NCBI RefSeq assembly: GCF_020745735.1
Contig: NC_083401.1
Location: forward strand, 96,593,740 to 96,657,739
Direction of reading: 5' to 3'
DNA length: 64,000 bases
DNA from: Hemiscyllium ocellatum
Taxonomy: Eukaryota
Part shown: piece after piece, positions 24,448-36,548 of the stretch
Numbering within the stretch: the stretch's first letter is position 1
How the letters are laid out: the number at the start of each line of letters is the position of its first letter
Made by a program: the position numbers and the translations under genes
The notes under the pieces: generated by a model
The model's input: the letters and a program-made list of their open reading frames with translations, nothing else
What the model was told of the DNA's origin: nothing
Databases searched by the model: none

Positions 24448-25364
24448 GACACAACGCTGGGTGGCAGGATGAAATGTGAGGAGAATGTTAGGAGAATACA
24501 GGGTGACCTGGACAGGCTAGGTGAGTGGACAGATGCATGGCAGATGCAGTTTAATGTGGATAAATGTGTGGTTATCCACTTTGGTGGCAACAGCAGGAAG
24601 GCAGATTACTATCGAAAAGGAGTCAAGTTAGGTAAAGGGGCAGTACAACGAGATCTAGGTGTTCTTGTACACCAGTCAATGAAAACAAGCATGCAGGTAC
24701 AGCAGGTAGTGAATAAAGCCAATAGCATGCTGGCCTTCATAACAAGAGGAATTGCGTATAGAAGCAAATAAGTCCTTCTGCAGCTGTACAGGGCCCTGGT
24801 GAGACCGCACTTGGAATATTGTGTGCAGTTAGGTCTCCAAATTTGAGGAAAGACATTCTGGCTATTGAGGGAGTGCAGCATAGGTTCACGAGGTCAATCC
24901 CCGGAATGGCGGGACTATCTTACGCTGAAAGATTGGAGCGACTGGGCTTGTATTTGCTTGAGTTTATAAGGCTCAGAGGGGATCTGATTGAGACGTATAA
25001 GATTATTAAAGGATTGGACACTCTGGAGGCAGGAAGCATGTTTCCGCTGATGGGTGAGGCCTGAACCAGAGGACACAGTTTAAAATAAGGGTAGGCCACT
25101 TGGAACAGAGTTGAGGAGAAACTTCTTCACCCAGAGAGTGGTGGGTGTATGGAATGCTCTGCCCAGAAGGCTGCGGAGCCAAGTCTCTGGATACTTTCAT
25201 GAAAGAGTTGGATAGAGCTCTTAAGGATAGTGGAATCAAGGGTTATGGGGATAAGGCAGGAACAGGATACTGATTGAGGATGATCAGCTATGACCACAAT
25301 GAATGGTGGTGCAGGCTCAAAGGGCAGAATGGCCTACTCCTGCAACTATTGTCTATTGTCTATT
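24448..25364 (+). mobile_element. CR1 (HER1-like) LINE, 5'-truncated
   Basis: ORFs 24469..24771 and 24819..25064 (IQGDLDRLGEW, WQMQFNVDKC, RDLGV, RLRGDLIETYKI); (CTATTGT)n tail. Confidence 0.92.
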
Positions 25365-26224
25365 AATGATAATGGAATTGGGAAAATGACCAATCTTTCA
25401 TTAAAAATTTAGTTCAATCAACACCTATCCCTCACCACTTATATTTTTTTTCCCTCTTGTTATTCCTGTTAACAGCAAAAACCAAGATGTCATAATACTT
25501 TTATACATTTAATTATTTTTGGTGTATTAAGATGACTGAAGCATAGGAACAAACAGGATGCCATCAAAGCTTTGTCCTACAAAACACCTCCTCCAACTTC
25601 ACACTGACCATTAATATTATCACCTTTATATACTAAGTACATCAGTTTCTTTATCTATAAGATTAGTGAAACTGTCTCAGTTATTAACTTCCAATGCTCT
25701 TCCTATTACACCTGATATCATTCCTGATCCCATCCATTTTTCCTGGTTAATCATTCCACCTCTAACTCTGTTTCTGCCACCTTTGCTTTTATTCGCTCTG
25801 CAATTTTCTCCAATCTCCCTCTGCACCATGCACCCCCTACACCTCATTTTTTCTCATGCTACTTTTATGATCTCCTCTTTACACATCTTGCAATCTCACC
25901 ATGCTTTCCATCGTGGTAAATGATTCATTTTCCTCTTCCTGCTGAATACATCATTGACATCTTTTAAGTGCCTACTCTTAACTAACTAATTGTCGGTGAG
26001 GCATGGTTTTATTATTGTTATGATGTTAGGTTGTGCTTGACTAATCTGTGATACAGGTATCCAATTTTAGCCACAAGGCCCCAGGTGTTAGTAAGCAGAA
26101 TTTGCAGGGTGACACGGGTGAGTTTGTCATTGTCTTTTCCAGTGTCTAGGTCAATGCCAGATAGTCTGTCTGATATAATTCCTTTTGTTTGCTTTGATAG
26201 CAGTTAGAAACAATGAAATACAAC

Positions 26225-26530
26225 TACGTGGCTTACTAGGCTAGTTCAGAGGGCATTTAAGAGTCAATCACATTGCTGTGTGTTTAGAGCCACATGTACG
26301 CCAGACCAGGAAAAGACAACAAATTTCCCTCAGGAAATTGTGCTAGATGGGTTTTCGCAGCAATTGTCTATCGTTTTATGGTCACAATCACACTAGCTTT
26401 AAGCTCCAGTTTGATTAACTAGTTTTAAATTCCACCAGTTACCGTGGTGGGAATTTAGCCTGTGGCCAGATCATTAGACTGGGTCTCTGGATTGCTGGGT
26501 TCAGTGGCATTACCAATGTGGTAATGATAA
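26225..26530 (-). mobile_element. tRNA-derived SINE
   Basis: Reverse complement of the 29195 and 56040 family. Confidence 0.65.
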
Positions 26531-27554
26531 TTCTGTCACTGACAGTGTATCAGTGAGATTTGCAGACAACATTCGAACCCAGGGAAGGGAGGCTGCTGGT
26601 GAAAATGGGTTACAGCTGCACATTGTCCAGGTGTCGCAGTAACAGCATCAAACGACACAAGATAGGATCCCTCAGCAGCAAGAGAACAAACATCAGGAAT
26701 GAAGGCGAAGGCAGAGAACCTGAGACTACTCAAAGTACTGGGTGTAATGCTGCAAAATAACCTGCCTGTAAATGTCTGAGACCCAGTGCAAGGGGATACG
26801 GTGACAGTCCTGGTAGTTATGTTATGATCGTCATAGAGACCAATACATTTTAGAAAGAATTACAAACTCACAGCAGAAAGAAGCACACATCAAGAGTTCA
26901 TGTTTTAAAACTTTCATTGGATCAATTGATTAAAAATACTATCAACTGAACATTATTTTCTTTTATAAGAAACTTCTACTTTAAATTGTGGAGTAAACAA
27001 ATTCCTTTTTACTTTCTACATATCTCACAGTTCTTACCACAAACAGTTGCTCCCAGCTCCTAATGGGTTGGTTTGTTCTTATTTTCCCAGGTGGGTACTT
27101 GTCAACACAAGTTCCCAGAACTATCATTCATTGAAAGGGTGACAATGTGGATTACTTCCCCAAGCTGTAAGCTTGGCAATCTTCCAGTACACATTCAGTG
27201 CTACCACTTGCAAGAGAGTGCAGAGACAGATTGGTCCAGCTATCCCTTAGATCTGTGTGTTTGAGGCAGGATCTCAGGGGAGCTTCCAATAGGTTGGGAG
27301 TTACTGAGGGTTTCTTCATATAGGGTCAACCTGCGGTCGATCAGAAGTCACAGAAACAGTGCCATTCACAGTTTGAAGTTCAACCAGCCTTTCCAAATAA
27401 ACTTCATAGATCCCAAAATACTTGCAGCAGAGGCAGACATTTTGTCAGATCTGTGTTGGGATTGGCCCCCTCCATTTATACTTCCTTTCAAGCCCATGCC
27501 CACTCCAACAACATCTCCACACGATGGAAATCCCAGAGGCCAACACTGCCAAGA

Positions 27555-27673
27555 CCTTCAGGACCTTATACCCGAAATTCCTGTTCCTTTGATGCTGCCT
27601 GACCTGCTGCACTTTTCCAGCAACACATTTTTAAGCTCTGATCTCCAGCATCTGCAGTCCTCACTTTCTCCTA
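27555..27673 (+). mobile_element. Penelope-like tail with partial HHR
   Basis: ccttcagga-c-cttatacccgaaa-ttcctgttcctttgatgctgcctgacctgctg...ctgcagtcctcactttctcct. Confidence 0.8.
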
Positions 27674-29194
27674 TTTCAAGTTCAGTGACTCTTTTCCAGA
27701 ACCAGACACACAAACTGCATTACCCTCAGCAAAAACCTCCATTACCTCATTTAAAAACTTAATCAAATTGGATAAACACAATTTGCCTTTAATAAATCAG
27801 CTTGGCTTTCCTCAAGTGAGAAGGAGACAATTTAGGGTCAGCATTTTATAAGGAGCATTATTTTCTAAGTTGGTTCTGCTGGAAATCTAAGTCCTTTGTC
27901 ATCTAATTGATTGCTAGTTCTCTTCACTTTTTGGTTCAATTTGTTCATTCTTAACCAGTTGATGTTTTTAAAATTCTCACAAGGAGACAGTTGCTCATTA
28001 AGAGGAAATGTATTACAAGTTTCCAAATGTAAGTATGCTTGTTTACTTTTGAAATATTTGTCTTAACCAATTGATAAGACAGCATTCTTCCATATTATTG
28101 TTTGCAGATGGTGGCTGTCAAAGCTTTTCAGTATCAAATACATGTTATAAGGGTTGTGTCCGCATTCCAGGAATGCATAACTGTCAGCCAAAACAATCAT
28201 TCTCCAATGTGTTCTGCTCCATTTCTTTTTTTATCCCTTGTTAACTTTTCCCACTCCCCATACTTGGCTATAGTTCAACAGCTCTGCTCTGGTCCCTTAC
28301 CCAATAATTTATCTGTAAATTGACATTGAATATTAATAAGTTGCTTGTATAATGGGACAACTACAGCAGAGTTCAGTGCTGTTCCATTGTTGTTTCATTG
28401 AGAAGAAAATGGAACTGAAACTTTGACTGATTTTCCTCTCTCCAACTCAGGAGCAATAAAGTCAATTGTTGCTCCCTTATTGCTGCCACACTTTACACTA
28501 TTAACATAGCCACAGACCAGGGACTGAATTTACAACACTTCAGGTCTGGAATGCCTCAGTTACTGCTAGATATGCACTTTCTTGCTGCACTCACCAAGCA
28601 CTTGAAAGGACCTGAGATATGGCGAATGGGGGAAAAGATCTCATATAGGAGACCTCTGGATGCAGTGACACTGACACCATTGAGCTCCATGGAAAGATGA
28701 GTTTGTTGAATGATTTCTCTCATATATACGTATCTTTGAAAACACACATTCCTCATAATTTTAAAAAATGTTCCTAATGTTTACAGTCAGTAATATGGTT
28801 GCATAAGGCTGCAAGACAAAACAGTTGGACAATTAATATGTATATTTGATTCATTTGGACCGTACAAAAACCCTTTCTAGGCTTTACTTGGTCTACATAT
28901 TATCAAGTATACAGTTAGTGAAAACTCTGGGTCAATTGAAAAGCCTTTATGTGCTACTCTTGATCTTAGCTATTTTCAATTAGACCTATTCCAGTCAGTT
29001 AATATTATTTTATTCTTCCAAATATTTGTAAATTTAATATGTGCCTTCAATACAAACAGTATGAAAATGAGCATGAGTCTGTTCATATTTAAATTAATGA
29101 ATGCTTTTATGATTTCCGATTATTTTTCTTGCATGTCCACTGCTAAAGAGTCTGCATGAATATTCTTTGCAAAGCAAGGAAAGTTTGGAGAGAT

Positions 29195-29530
29195 TGTGGT
29201 AGCTTTGTAGAGTAGTAATCCAGAGGCTGTGGCTAATGCTTAATGGATGTGGGTTCAAATCCTACTGCAGCAAGTTTGTGGAATTTACACTGAATTAATA
29301 AACTCTGGATAGAATATAAAACAATTCTCAGTAATAGTGACCATGAAACTATCATCAATTGTAAAAACCCACTGTGTTCACTAAAGTTCTTTAGGAAAGA
29401 AAATCTACACTTACTATGACCTACTTACAGACCCACAGCAATATGGTTTACTTTTTATTATTTTGTTGTTTGTTTAGCAAGCCACTCAGTTCAAGGGTAG
29501 ATAGGGGTAGGTAATAAATCTTGACCTGTG
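29195..29530 (+). mobile_element. tRNA-derived SINE with L2-type tail
   Basis: B-box-like gggttcaaatcc; body ...gtgaccatgaaact...aaaaaccc...gttcactaa...agacccacagcaat. Confidence 0.7.
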
Positions 29531-29729
29531 AGTTTGTGAGAACTCAGCCATTCCTGCTCCATTTCGAGGACCAGATGCCTTACAGGATAGTTATTGGGAG
29601 ATAAGAGTTATCCCTTGCAAACATGGTTGAAGACACTATTACCCAAATGCCAAACTGGGCTAAGCATAGATACAACGTAGCCTGTTCTTACTCTAGGGCC
29701 ATCATGGAGCAGACCATTGATGAGGTTCT

Positions 29730-30205
29730 GGTATGGATTAATTTGGAAAAGGCAGCATGGATTTGTTAGGGGGAGATTGTGTCCAACTAAAGTGCTCAAG
29801 GTTTTTTGAAGAGAGAACAGAGAGTTGATTAAGGAAAGACTTTCCAAAGACTTTGATACAAAGCCGCACAGCAGACTTGCGAGGAAAGTTAATAGGTCAT
29901 GGAATAAAAGAGACAGTAGCAATTTGGATACAGAATTGGTTAATTGGTAACTGGACTAGAAGAAGGTTTGTCAATGAGATTTCCAAAAGGTAGACCTTTG
30001 CTTTTCATGATATATATTAATAATCTAGATCTTGATGTACAGGGGATAATTATCAGAGTTTGCAGACAACACAAAACTTAGGAATTTTTTAATCTGTGAG
30101 GAGGACAGCGTAGAATGTCAATAGGACCCTGACACTTAGTGGACTGGGCAGATAAGTGATAAGAATTTCAGTGCAGAGAATTGTGAGGTAATGCACCTAG
30201 ATATA
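29730..30205 (+). mobile_element. Old CR1 RT fragment
   Basis: cagcatggatttgttagggggagattgtgtccaactaa (QHGFVRGRLCPT) and tttgcagacaacacaaaa (FADNTK). Confidence 0.75.
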
Positions 30206-30405
30206 AAAATTCCATGGAAGGTCCTGGCAGAGGTGAATACTTCCACTGTCACTGATCACAAGATACTGCAAGTGTAGTGCCATACAGGATAGTTAAACAA
30301 TGAGGTGAGTAGCAGAGAATTGAATGAGAGAACTTATTAGGACTCGCCAAGAGAAATTCTCCATGAAACCCCCCGAACTTGGTCAAATTTAGCTCTAAGC
30401 ATTGG

Positions 30406-30452
30406 ATCTCTCTTTAAATGTAAACAATCTCTCTTTAAATGTAAACAATCTC
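30406..30452. repeat. 21-bp perfect tandem duplication
   Basis: atctctctttaaatgtaaaca x2 plus atctc. Confidence 0.95.
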
Positions 30453-31324
30453 AAACAAGATCATAGCAACAGAAATGGGGTGGCCTCATGGAAGTTTTGC
30501 CAATTGCTGAACTGATGGATCAGTGAACATTATAGAGATATTGATAACTTTATCATTCCAACTAAAGGGATGATTCAATGCTAGAAGTTTTGAAAAGCAG
30601 CAAACAAGTCTCTTCAGCATGGTTATTAAAGTGTCCTCTAACATACATGTGGGGAATGGACATGTCCATGATGATTGTCATTTCTGATATACAAACATTC
30701 AAAAAGTAAGGATCAAATCAAGCTACAAAGTTTAGCCCTTGTACCACCCACTAATGGAACAGCTTTTATTTATCCATTTTATATCAACTTGTCATACCCT
30801 TGGATACCTGTATTGAATCTCCAAAGATCCAAAGAGACAACACTGCCAGCTTCTCCAAGGAGATATTCGGCCCAAGCAGGTTTCTGAATTCCAGAGATTA
30901 TCAGCTTACCTATTCTACTCCGTTAAATGGGATATTTATTGATAAAGGGGAGTTCACTGTGGCAGCAAGAATGAAAACAAATATAGCTTGTTCAAATAGC
31001 TCAAGAGTTCAAAGCAGCAACAATGCTGAAACAAGCTCCCATGTTTTGGTCAAGTGATATTTTCATTGCGATTTGTAGAGAGTTTCATTCTGCAAGGCCT
31101 AATGAGTTTTCTCATCCAACCATTCCAAACTCACTTCATTAACGACCTACCACACCCAATGGCATCCAATAACCTGTTTCTCCTGCTCACCATAGCCAGA
31201 AATACTCAACACAGCAAGGATGTACTGGGATACACTGCTATCCCTGGCCATCGTATTTAAAAGGCCATTACATATCTGGTCAGGCCCTGGCACTCTGGAG
31301 CTGTCCTGCACAGTTGTAGACATT

Positions 31325-32060
31325 TATCCCAGACAAGGAGAAAATGGTGCCCCATTTGAGGACAGAGTCCTGGAGATTTGGGTGGATGGGATCGTGTGCA
31401 GTAGGCATGTCCTCTTGCTCAAGGATTTGGCAGAGGAAGAACCAGCCAACCAGGTCTGGGTTGTGACCTGGGTCAGTGTGGTCTCATGATCTGAGAAACA
31501 CCCAGCACTGCTGACAGTTCAATGGTCTTCTCCACTCCACCAAGGTAAGTGCCACCATCTTCTCTTTGCTAACTCATACTCACATTCTTTCTGTGCAACA
31601 ATTTGCACCTCCAACCGAGTCTCATGGTCTATTACTCTCACTATTGTACACAATATCTTGCCTTCGCTCATTGTCACACTCCCCAATCCCAACAACACTA
31701 ACACTGCACGCCCTCTGTACGATCTACTTCCCCACTTGGACTGCCTCAGCCTGTGGTCCCTGATCCTGACTGTCTTGACCAGCCGCCTGACCATGACCAA
31801 GCCCCTGACCTGATATTGGAGGCTACCCTTCATTTACTGTGCTGGCACCCACTGACTAAAGGGTGTCTCCCTGGATTTGACAGAGTTACTCCCTGCAGAC
31901 TTTGCAACATGGCCACTTGGTCGATACATGGCAATGTCGTTGCCAAAACATGGCTGGCATATGTTGCAGGTCTGAGATTAACATAGGACTGTGGCGTTGA
32001 ACAGAACATCCATCCTCTTGACTGCTGACAAATGTGCCAAGTTGCCTGGCTTTGTGTATA
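31325..32060. mobile_element. Harbinger-like transposon relic: Myb/SANT exon (+, ~31325-31550) and convergent nuclease-like fragment (-, ~31790-32060)
   Basis: APFEDRVLEIWVDGIVCSRHVL...VSVVS and, in another frame, RNTQHC*QFNGLLHSTK|gtaag (NAIF1/MSANTD-like trihelix pattern). Minus-strand GRHPL...RVASNIRSG resembles the HARBI1 helix-turn-helix region. Confidence 0.55.
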
Positions 32061-32478
32061 CATTTAACTGCAGGACATGGCAGAAGCACTCTCAGCTTTT
32101 AAGTTGCAGCTGAGGGGGCAAAGCACTGAAATACAATGCAAAGTAAGGCAGTAAGTATGTTTAAAGGAACAGCAAACAGCCCTGAAATACAACCTGGTCC
32201 AATCCAAGAGCTAGTTATATGTCCCTGTCCTTGCAGCAGCATTGCAATGAGAGGTACCAGTGTCCTCCAGTGTTGTCAGGCCCTGGAAAGGTAGTGCCCT
32301 AGATAGCTCCCTTTTATAATTTGAAGACAAATAATTAGCAAATATGCCCAGGGCTGGCTTGGTCTTACACAATCAAATGTAATCTATAGCCTGTATCCTG
32401 AAATCACTGGTAATTGCCTTATGGGTTCTCTGAACTGACCCCCATAATTTGCTGTATAAATGTGTTATGCTGGAAGTT

Positions 32479-33413
32479 CATAGAATAGAATCCCATCCAG
32501 ACCCACCCCATAACCCTACGCTTTCCCATGGCAAATCCATCTAACCTGCACATTCCTGGACACTATGGGCAATGTGAGGTTGCCAATCTACCTAACCTGC
32601 ATATCTTTGGACCGTGGATGGAAAGCAGAGCACCTGGAGGACCATAAGACCATAAGACATAGGAGTGGAAGTAAGGCCATTCAGCCCATCGAGTCCACCC
32701 CGCCATTCAATCATGGCTGATGGGCATTTCAACTCCACTTACCCGCATTCTCCCCGTAGCCCTTAATTCCTTGTGACATCAAGAATTTATCAATCTCTGC
32801 TTTGAAGACATTTAGCGTCCCGGACTCCACTGCACTCCGCGGCAATGAATTCCACAGGCCCACCACTCTCTGGCTGAAGAAATGTCTCCGCATTTCTGTT
32901 CTGAATTTACCCCCTCTAATTCTAAGGCTATGTCCACGGGTCCTAGTCTCCTCGCCTAACGGAAACAATTTCCTAGTGTCCACCCTTTCCAAGCCATGTA
33001 TTATCTTGTAAGTTTCTATTAGATCTCCCCTTAATCTTCTAAACTCCAATGAATACAATCCCAGGATCCTTAGCCGTTCCTCGTATGTTAGACCTACCAT
33101 TCCAGGGATCATCCGTGTGACTCTCCGCCAGACACGGTCCAGTGCCAGTATGTCCTTCCTGAGGTATGGGGACCAAGACTGGACACACTGCTGTGTTCTT
33201 CCAGCACCACTAATCCAAATGGGGCCTAACAAGAGCTTTATAAAGTCTCAGTAGCACAACGGTGCTTTTATATTCCAACTCTACACAGGACACCTACGCA
33301 GACGCAGGGCGAATGTACAGACTGTGCACAGACAGTTGTCCAAGGCTGGAATCGAACCTGAATCCCTGGTGCTGTGAAGCATCTGTGCTATCCATTGAGC
33401 CAATATGCCACCC
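32479..33413 (-). mobile_element. Older HE1/V-SINE split by a younger CR1 3' fragment (32641-33282)
   Basis: SINE text gagcacctggagg resumes as cacctacgcagacgcaggg after the CR1. CR1 ORF 32729..33232 (WSPYLRKDI, RLRGDLIETYKI, FFSQRVV) with an (ACCATAAG)n tail. Confidence 0.85.
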
Positions 33414-33423
33414 AAAGATATGG

Positions 33424-35810
33424 ACGTTTTGGGCATGAGCCCTTCTTCAGGAATGAGGAAAGTGTGCCAAGCAGGCTAAGATAAAAGGTAGGGAGGAGGG
33501 ACTTGAGGGAGGGGCGTTGGAAATGTGATAGGTGGAAGGAGGTTAAGGTGAGGGTAATAGACCAGAGTGGGGGTGGGGGCAGAGAGGTCAGGAAGAAGAT
33601 TGCAGGTTAGGAAGGTGGTGCTGAGTTCAAGGGTTGGGACTGATACAAGGTGGGGGGTGGGGAAATGAGGAAATTGGAGAAATCTGAGTTCATCCCTTGT
33701 GGTTGGAGGGTTCCTAGGCGGAAGATGAGGCGCTCTTCCTCCAGCCGTCGTGTTGCTATGGTCTGGCGATGGAGGAGTCCAAGGACCTGCATGTCCTTGG
33801 TGGAGTGGAAGGAGGAGTTAAAGTGTTGAGCCACGGGGTGGTTGGGTTGGTTGGTCCGGGTGTCCCAGAGGTGTTCTCTGAAACGTTCCGCAAGTAGGCG
33901 GCCTATCTCCCCAATATAGAGGAGGCCACATCGGGTGCAGTGGATGCAGTAAATGATGTGTGGAGGTGCAGGTGAATTTGTGGTGGATATGGAAGGATCC
34001 CTTGGGGCCTTGGAGGGAAGTAAGGGAGGAGGTGTGGGCGCAAGTTTTATATTTCTTACGGTTGCAGGGGAAGGTGCGGGGAATGGAGGTCGGGTTGGTG
34101 GGGGGTGTGGACCTGACGAGGGAGTCACGGAGGGATTGGTCTTTTTGGAACGCTGATAGGGGAGGGGAGGGAAATATATCCCTGGTGGTGGGGTCCGTTT
34201 GGAGGTGGCGGAAATTACGACGTATGAAATGATGTATATGGGGGTTGGTGAGGAGGTAGGTGAGGACTAGTGGGGTTCTGTCCTGGTGGTGATTGGAGGG
34301 GCGGGGCTCAAGGCCGGAGGAGCAGAAGTGGAGGAGATGAGGTGGAGAGCATCGTCGATCATGTCTGGGGGGAGCATTGCGGTCTTTGAAGAAAGAGGCC
34401 ATCTGGGCTGTACGGTATTGGAACTGGTCCTCCTGGGAGCAGATGCGGCGGAGACGAAGGAATTGGGAATATGGGATGGCGTTTTTACAGGGGGCAGGTG
34501 GGAGGAGGTGTAGTCTAGGTAGCTGTGGGAGTCGGTCGGTTTATAGTAAATGTCCGTGTTGATTCGGTCGCCCGAGTTAGAAATGGAGAGGTCTAGGAAG
34601 GGGAGGGAGAGTCTGAGACGGTCCAGATAAATTTGAGGTCGGGGTGGAAGGTGTTGGTAAAGTGAATGAACTGTTCAACCTCCTCGTGGGAGCACGAGGC
34701 ATGCCGACCAGTTCCAATACCGAACAACCCAGATGGCCTCCTTCTTCAAAGACCGCAATTTCCCCCCAGATGTGATCAACGATGCCCTCCACCGCATCTC
34801 CTCCACTTCCTACTCCTCTGCCCTTGAGCCCCACCCCTCCAATTGCCACCAGGACAGAACCCCACTGGTCCTCACCTACCACCCCACCTACCTCATATAC
34901 ATCGAATTATCCATCGTCATTTCTGCCACCTCCAAACGGACCCCACCACCAGGGATATATTTCCCTCCCCTCCCCTATCAGCGTTCCAAAAGGACCACTC
35001 CCTCTGTGACTCCCTCATCAGGTCCACACCCCCCACCAACCCAACCTCCACTCCCGGCACCTTTCCCTGCAACCTCAAGAAATGCAAAACTTGCGCCCAC
35101 ACCTCCTCCCTTACTTCCCTCCAAGGCCCCAAGGGATCCTTCCATATCCGCCACAAATTCACCTGCACCTCCACACACATCATTTACTGCATCCACTGCA
35201 CCCGATGTGGCCTCCTCTATATTGGGGAGATAGGCTGCCTACTTGCGGAACGTTTCAGAGAACACCTCTGGGACACCCGGACCAACCAACCCAACCACCC
35301 CGTGGCTCAACACTTTAACTCCTCCTCCCACTCCACCAAGGGCATGCAGGTCCTGGGACTCCTTCATCGCCAGACCATAGCAACACGACGGCTGGAGGAA
35401 GAGCGCCTCATCTTCCGCCTAGGAACCCTCCAACCACAAGGGATGAACTCAGATTTCTCCAGTTCCCTCATTTCCTCTCCCCCACCTTGTCTCAGTCCCA
35501 ACCCTGGAACTCAGCACCACCTTCCTAACCTGCAATCTTCTTCCTGACCTCTCCGCCCCCTCTCCCACTCCGGCCTATCACCCTCACCTTAACCTCCTTC
35601 CACCTATTGCATTTCCAACGCCCCTCCCCCATGTCCCTCCTCCCTACCTTTTATCTTAGCCTGCTTGGCACACTTTCCTCATTCCTGAAGAAGGGCTCAT
35701 GCCCGAAACGTCGATTCTCCTGCTCCTTGGATGCTGCCTGACCTGCTGTGCTTTTCCAGCAATACATTTTCAGCTCTGATCTCCAGCACCTGAAGTTCTT
35801 ACTTTCTCCT
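33424..35810. mobile_element. Single Penelope-like (Neptune-type) fold-back insertion: minus arm 33424-~34700, plus arm 34706-35810, 14-bp TSD
   Basis: Both arms encode the Cys-rich linker (PCN..KCKTCAH) and GIY-YIG (IIYCIHCTRCGLLYIGE...RFREH). The minus arm extends into the RT C-terminus (YYKPTDSHSYLDY, IPYSQFLRLRRICS). TSD acccaaagatatgg at 33410-33423 and 35811-35824. Confidence 0.92.
35681..35716 (+). ncRNA. Minimal type-I hammerhead ribozyme motif; predicted cleavage after 35712
   Basis: attc CTGAAGA A GGGC-tcat-GCCC GAAA CG TC gatt. Catalytic core intact, 4-bp stem II, palindromic ACGT stem III, stem I with one mismatch. Confidence 0.75.
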
Positions 35811-35885
35811 ACCCAAAGATATGGCAAACAGTTGGAAATTCATCCCTTTATAAACTAAACGTTTTGTGAGTGCTATATTGTATGT

Positions 35886-36048
35886 GATCTGGAGATGCTG
35901 GTGTTGGACTGGGGTGGGCAAAGTCAGAAGTCACATGACATCAGGGTTATAGTCCAACAGGTTATTTGAAATCACAAGCTTTCAGAGTGCTCCAAAAACT
36001 TTTGATCTCAAATAATCCTGTTGGACTATAACCCCGATGTCACGTGAC
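35886..36048. mobile_element. Short fold-back Penelope-like tail (second family)
   Basis: 35930-35986 is an imperfect reverse complement of 35987-36048. Homologous to 9110-9212. Confidence 0.75.
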
Positions 36049-36354
36049 GTAGTTACTGGCACATGTAACCATGACTTAAGGGGCTAAAGATTTGTTTGCC
36101 TGTCTGCACCAGTTCTGTTGGAAACGGGCAGGTTTCTAACTTGTAACTCTCACTTCATTTGTCTGATTAGTGCGCGCTCCTTTTGGAATGATGTTGGCAA
36201 AGTAAGACATTCCAGCTGGAGCTCCTCTGCTCTGCCCATTTTTTTTCTTATCTTTTCTGTTTTTCCTCCTTTTCTGTATTTTTTCAACTTCTGGCTTGGA
36301 CTTACTCGGAGAGGAATGGAGGAGCTAGCTATACCTGGCAGCAAATTCTGCAGC

Positions 36355-36548
36355 TGAGACCAGCTGATGAGGGGAAGCGAGTCCTGGAGCAGAGTCTGGC
36401 ATAGGGAAGCAGTCCCAGAGCAGAGGCTGATGAGGGGAAGTGAGACCTAGAATGGACTCCAGCACGGGGAAGCAGTCCCGGAGCAGAGACTGGCACAGGA
36501 AGCAGTCCCCGGAGTGGAGACCGCCATTGGGGAGGCAGGTGGGTCCCG
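36355..36548. repeat. Degenerate ~31-bp tandem array with alternating unit types
   Basis: Recurring gagcagag..ctggca.aggaagcagtccc and gctgatgaggggaag.gag.cct units. Confidence 0.75.

Noticed and set aside
34843-35547. 234-aa and 255-aa (38102..38869) GIY-YIG ORFs as domesticated host genes
   Set aside because: 5'-truncated Penelope fragments without their own promoter or authentic start, present as multiple similar copies.
36364-36445. Two CTGATGAG motifs in the tandem array as hammerheads
   Set aside because: Neither is followed by a stem II and GAAA.
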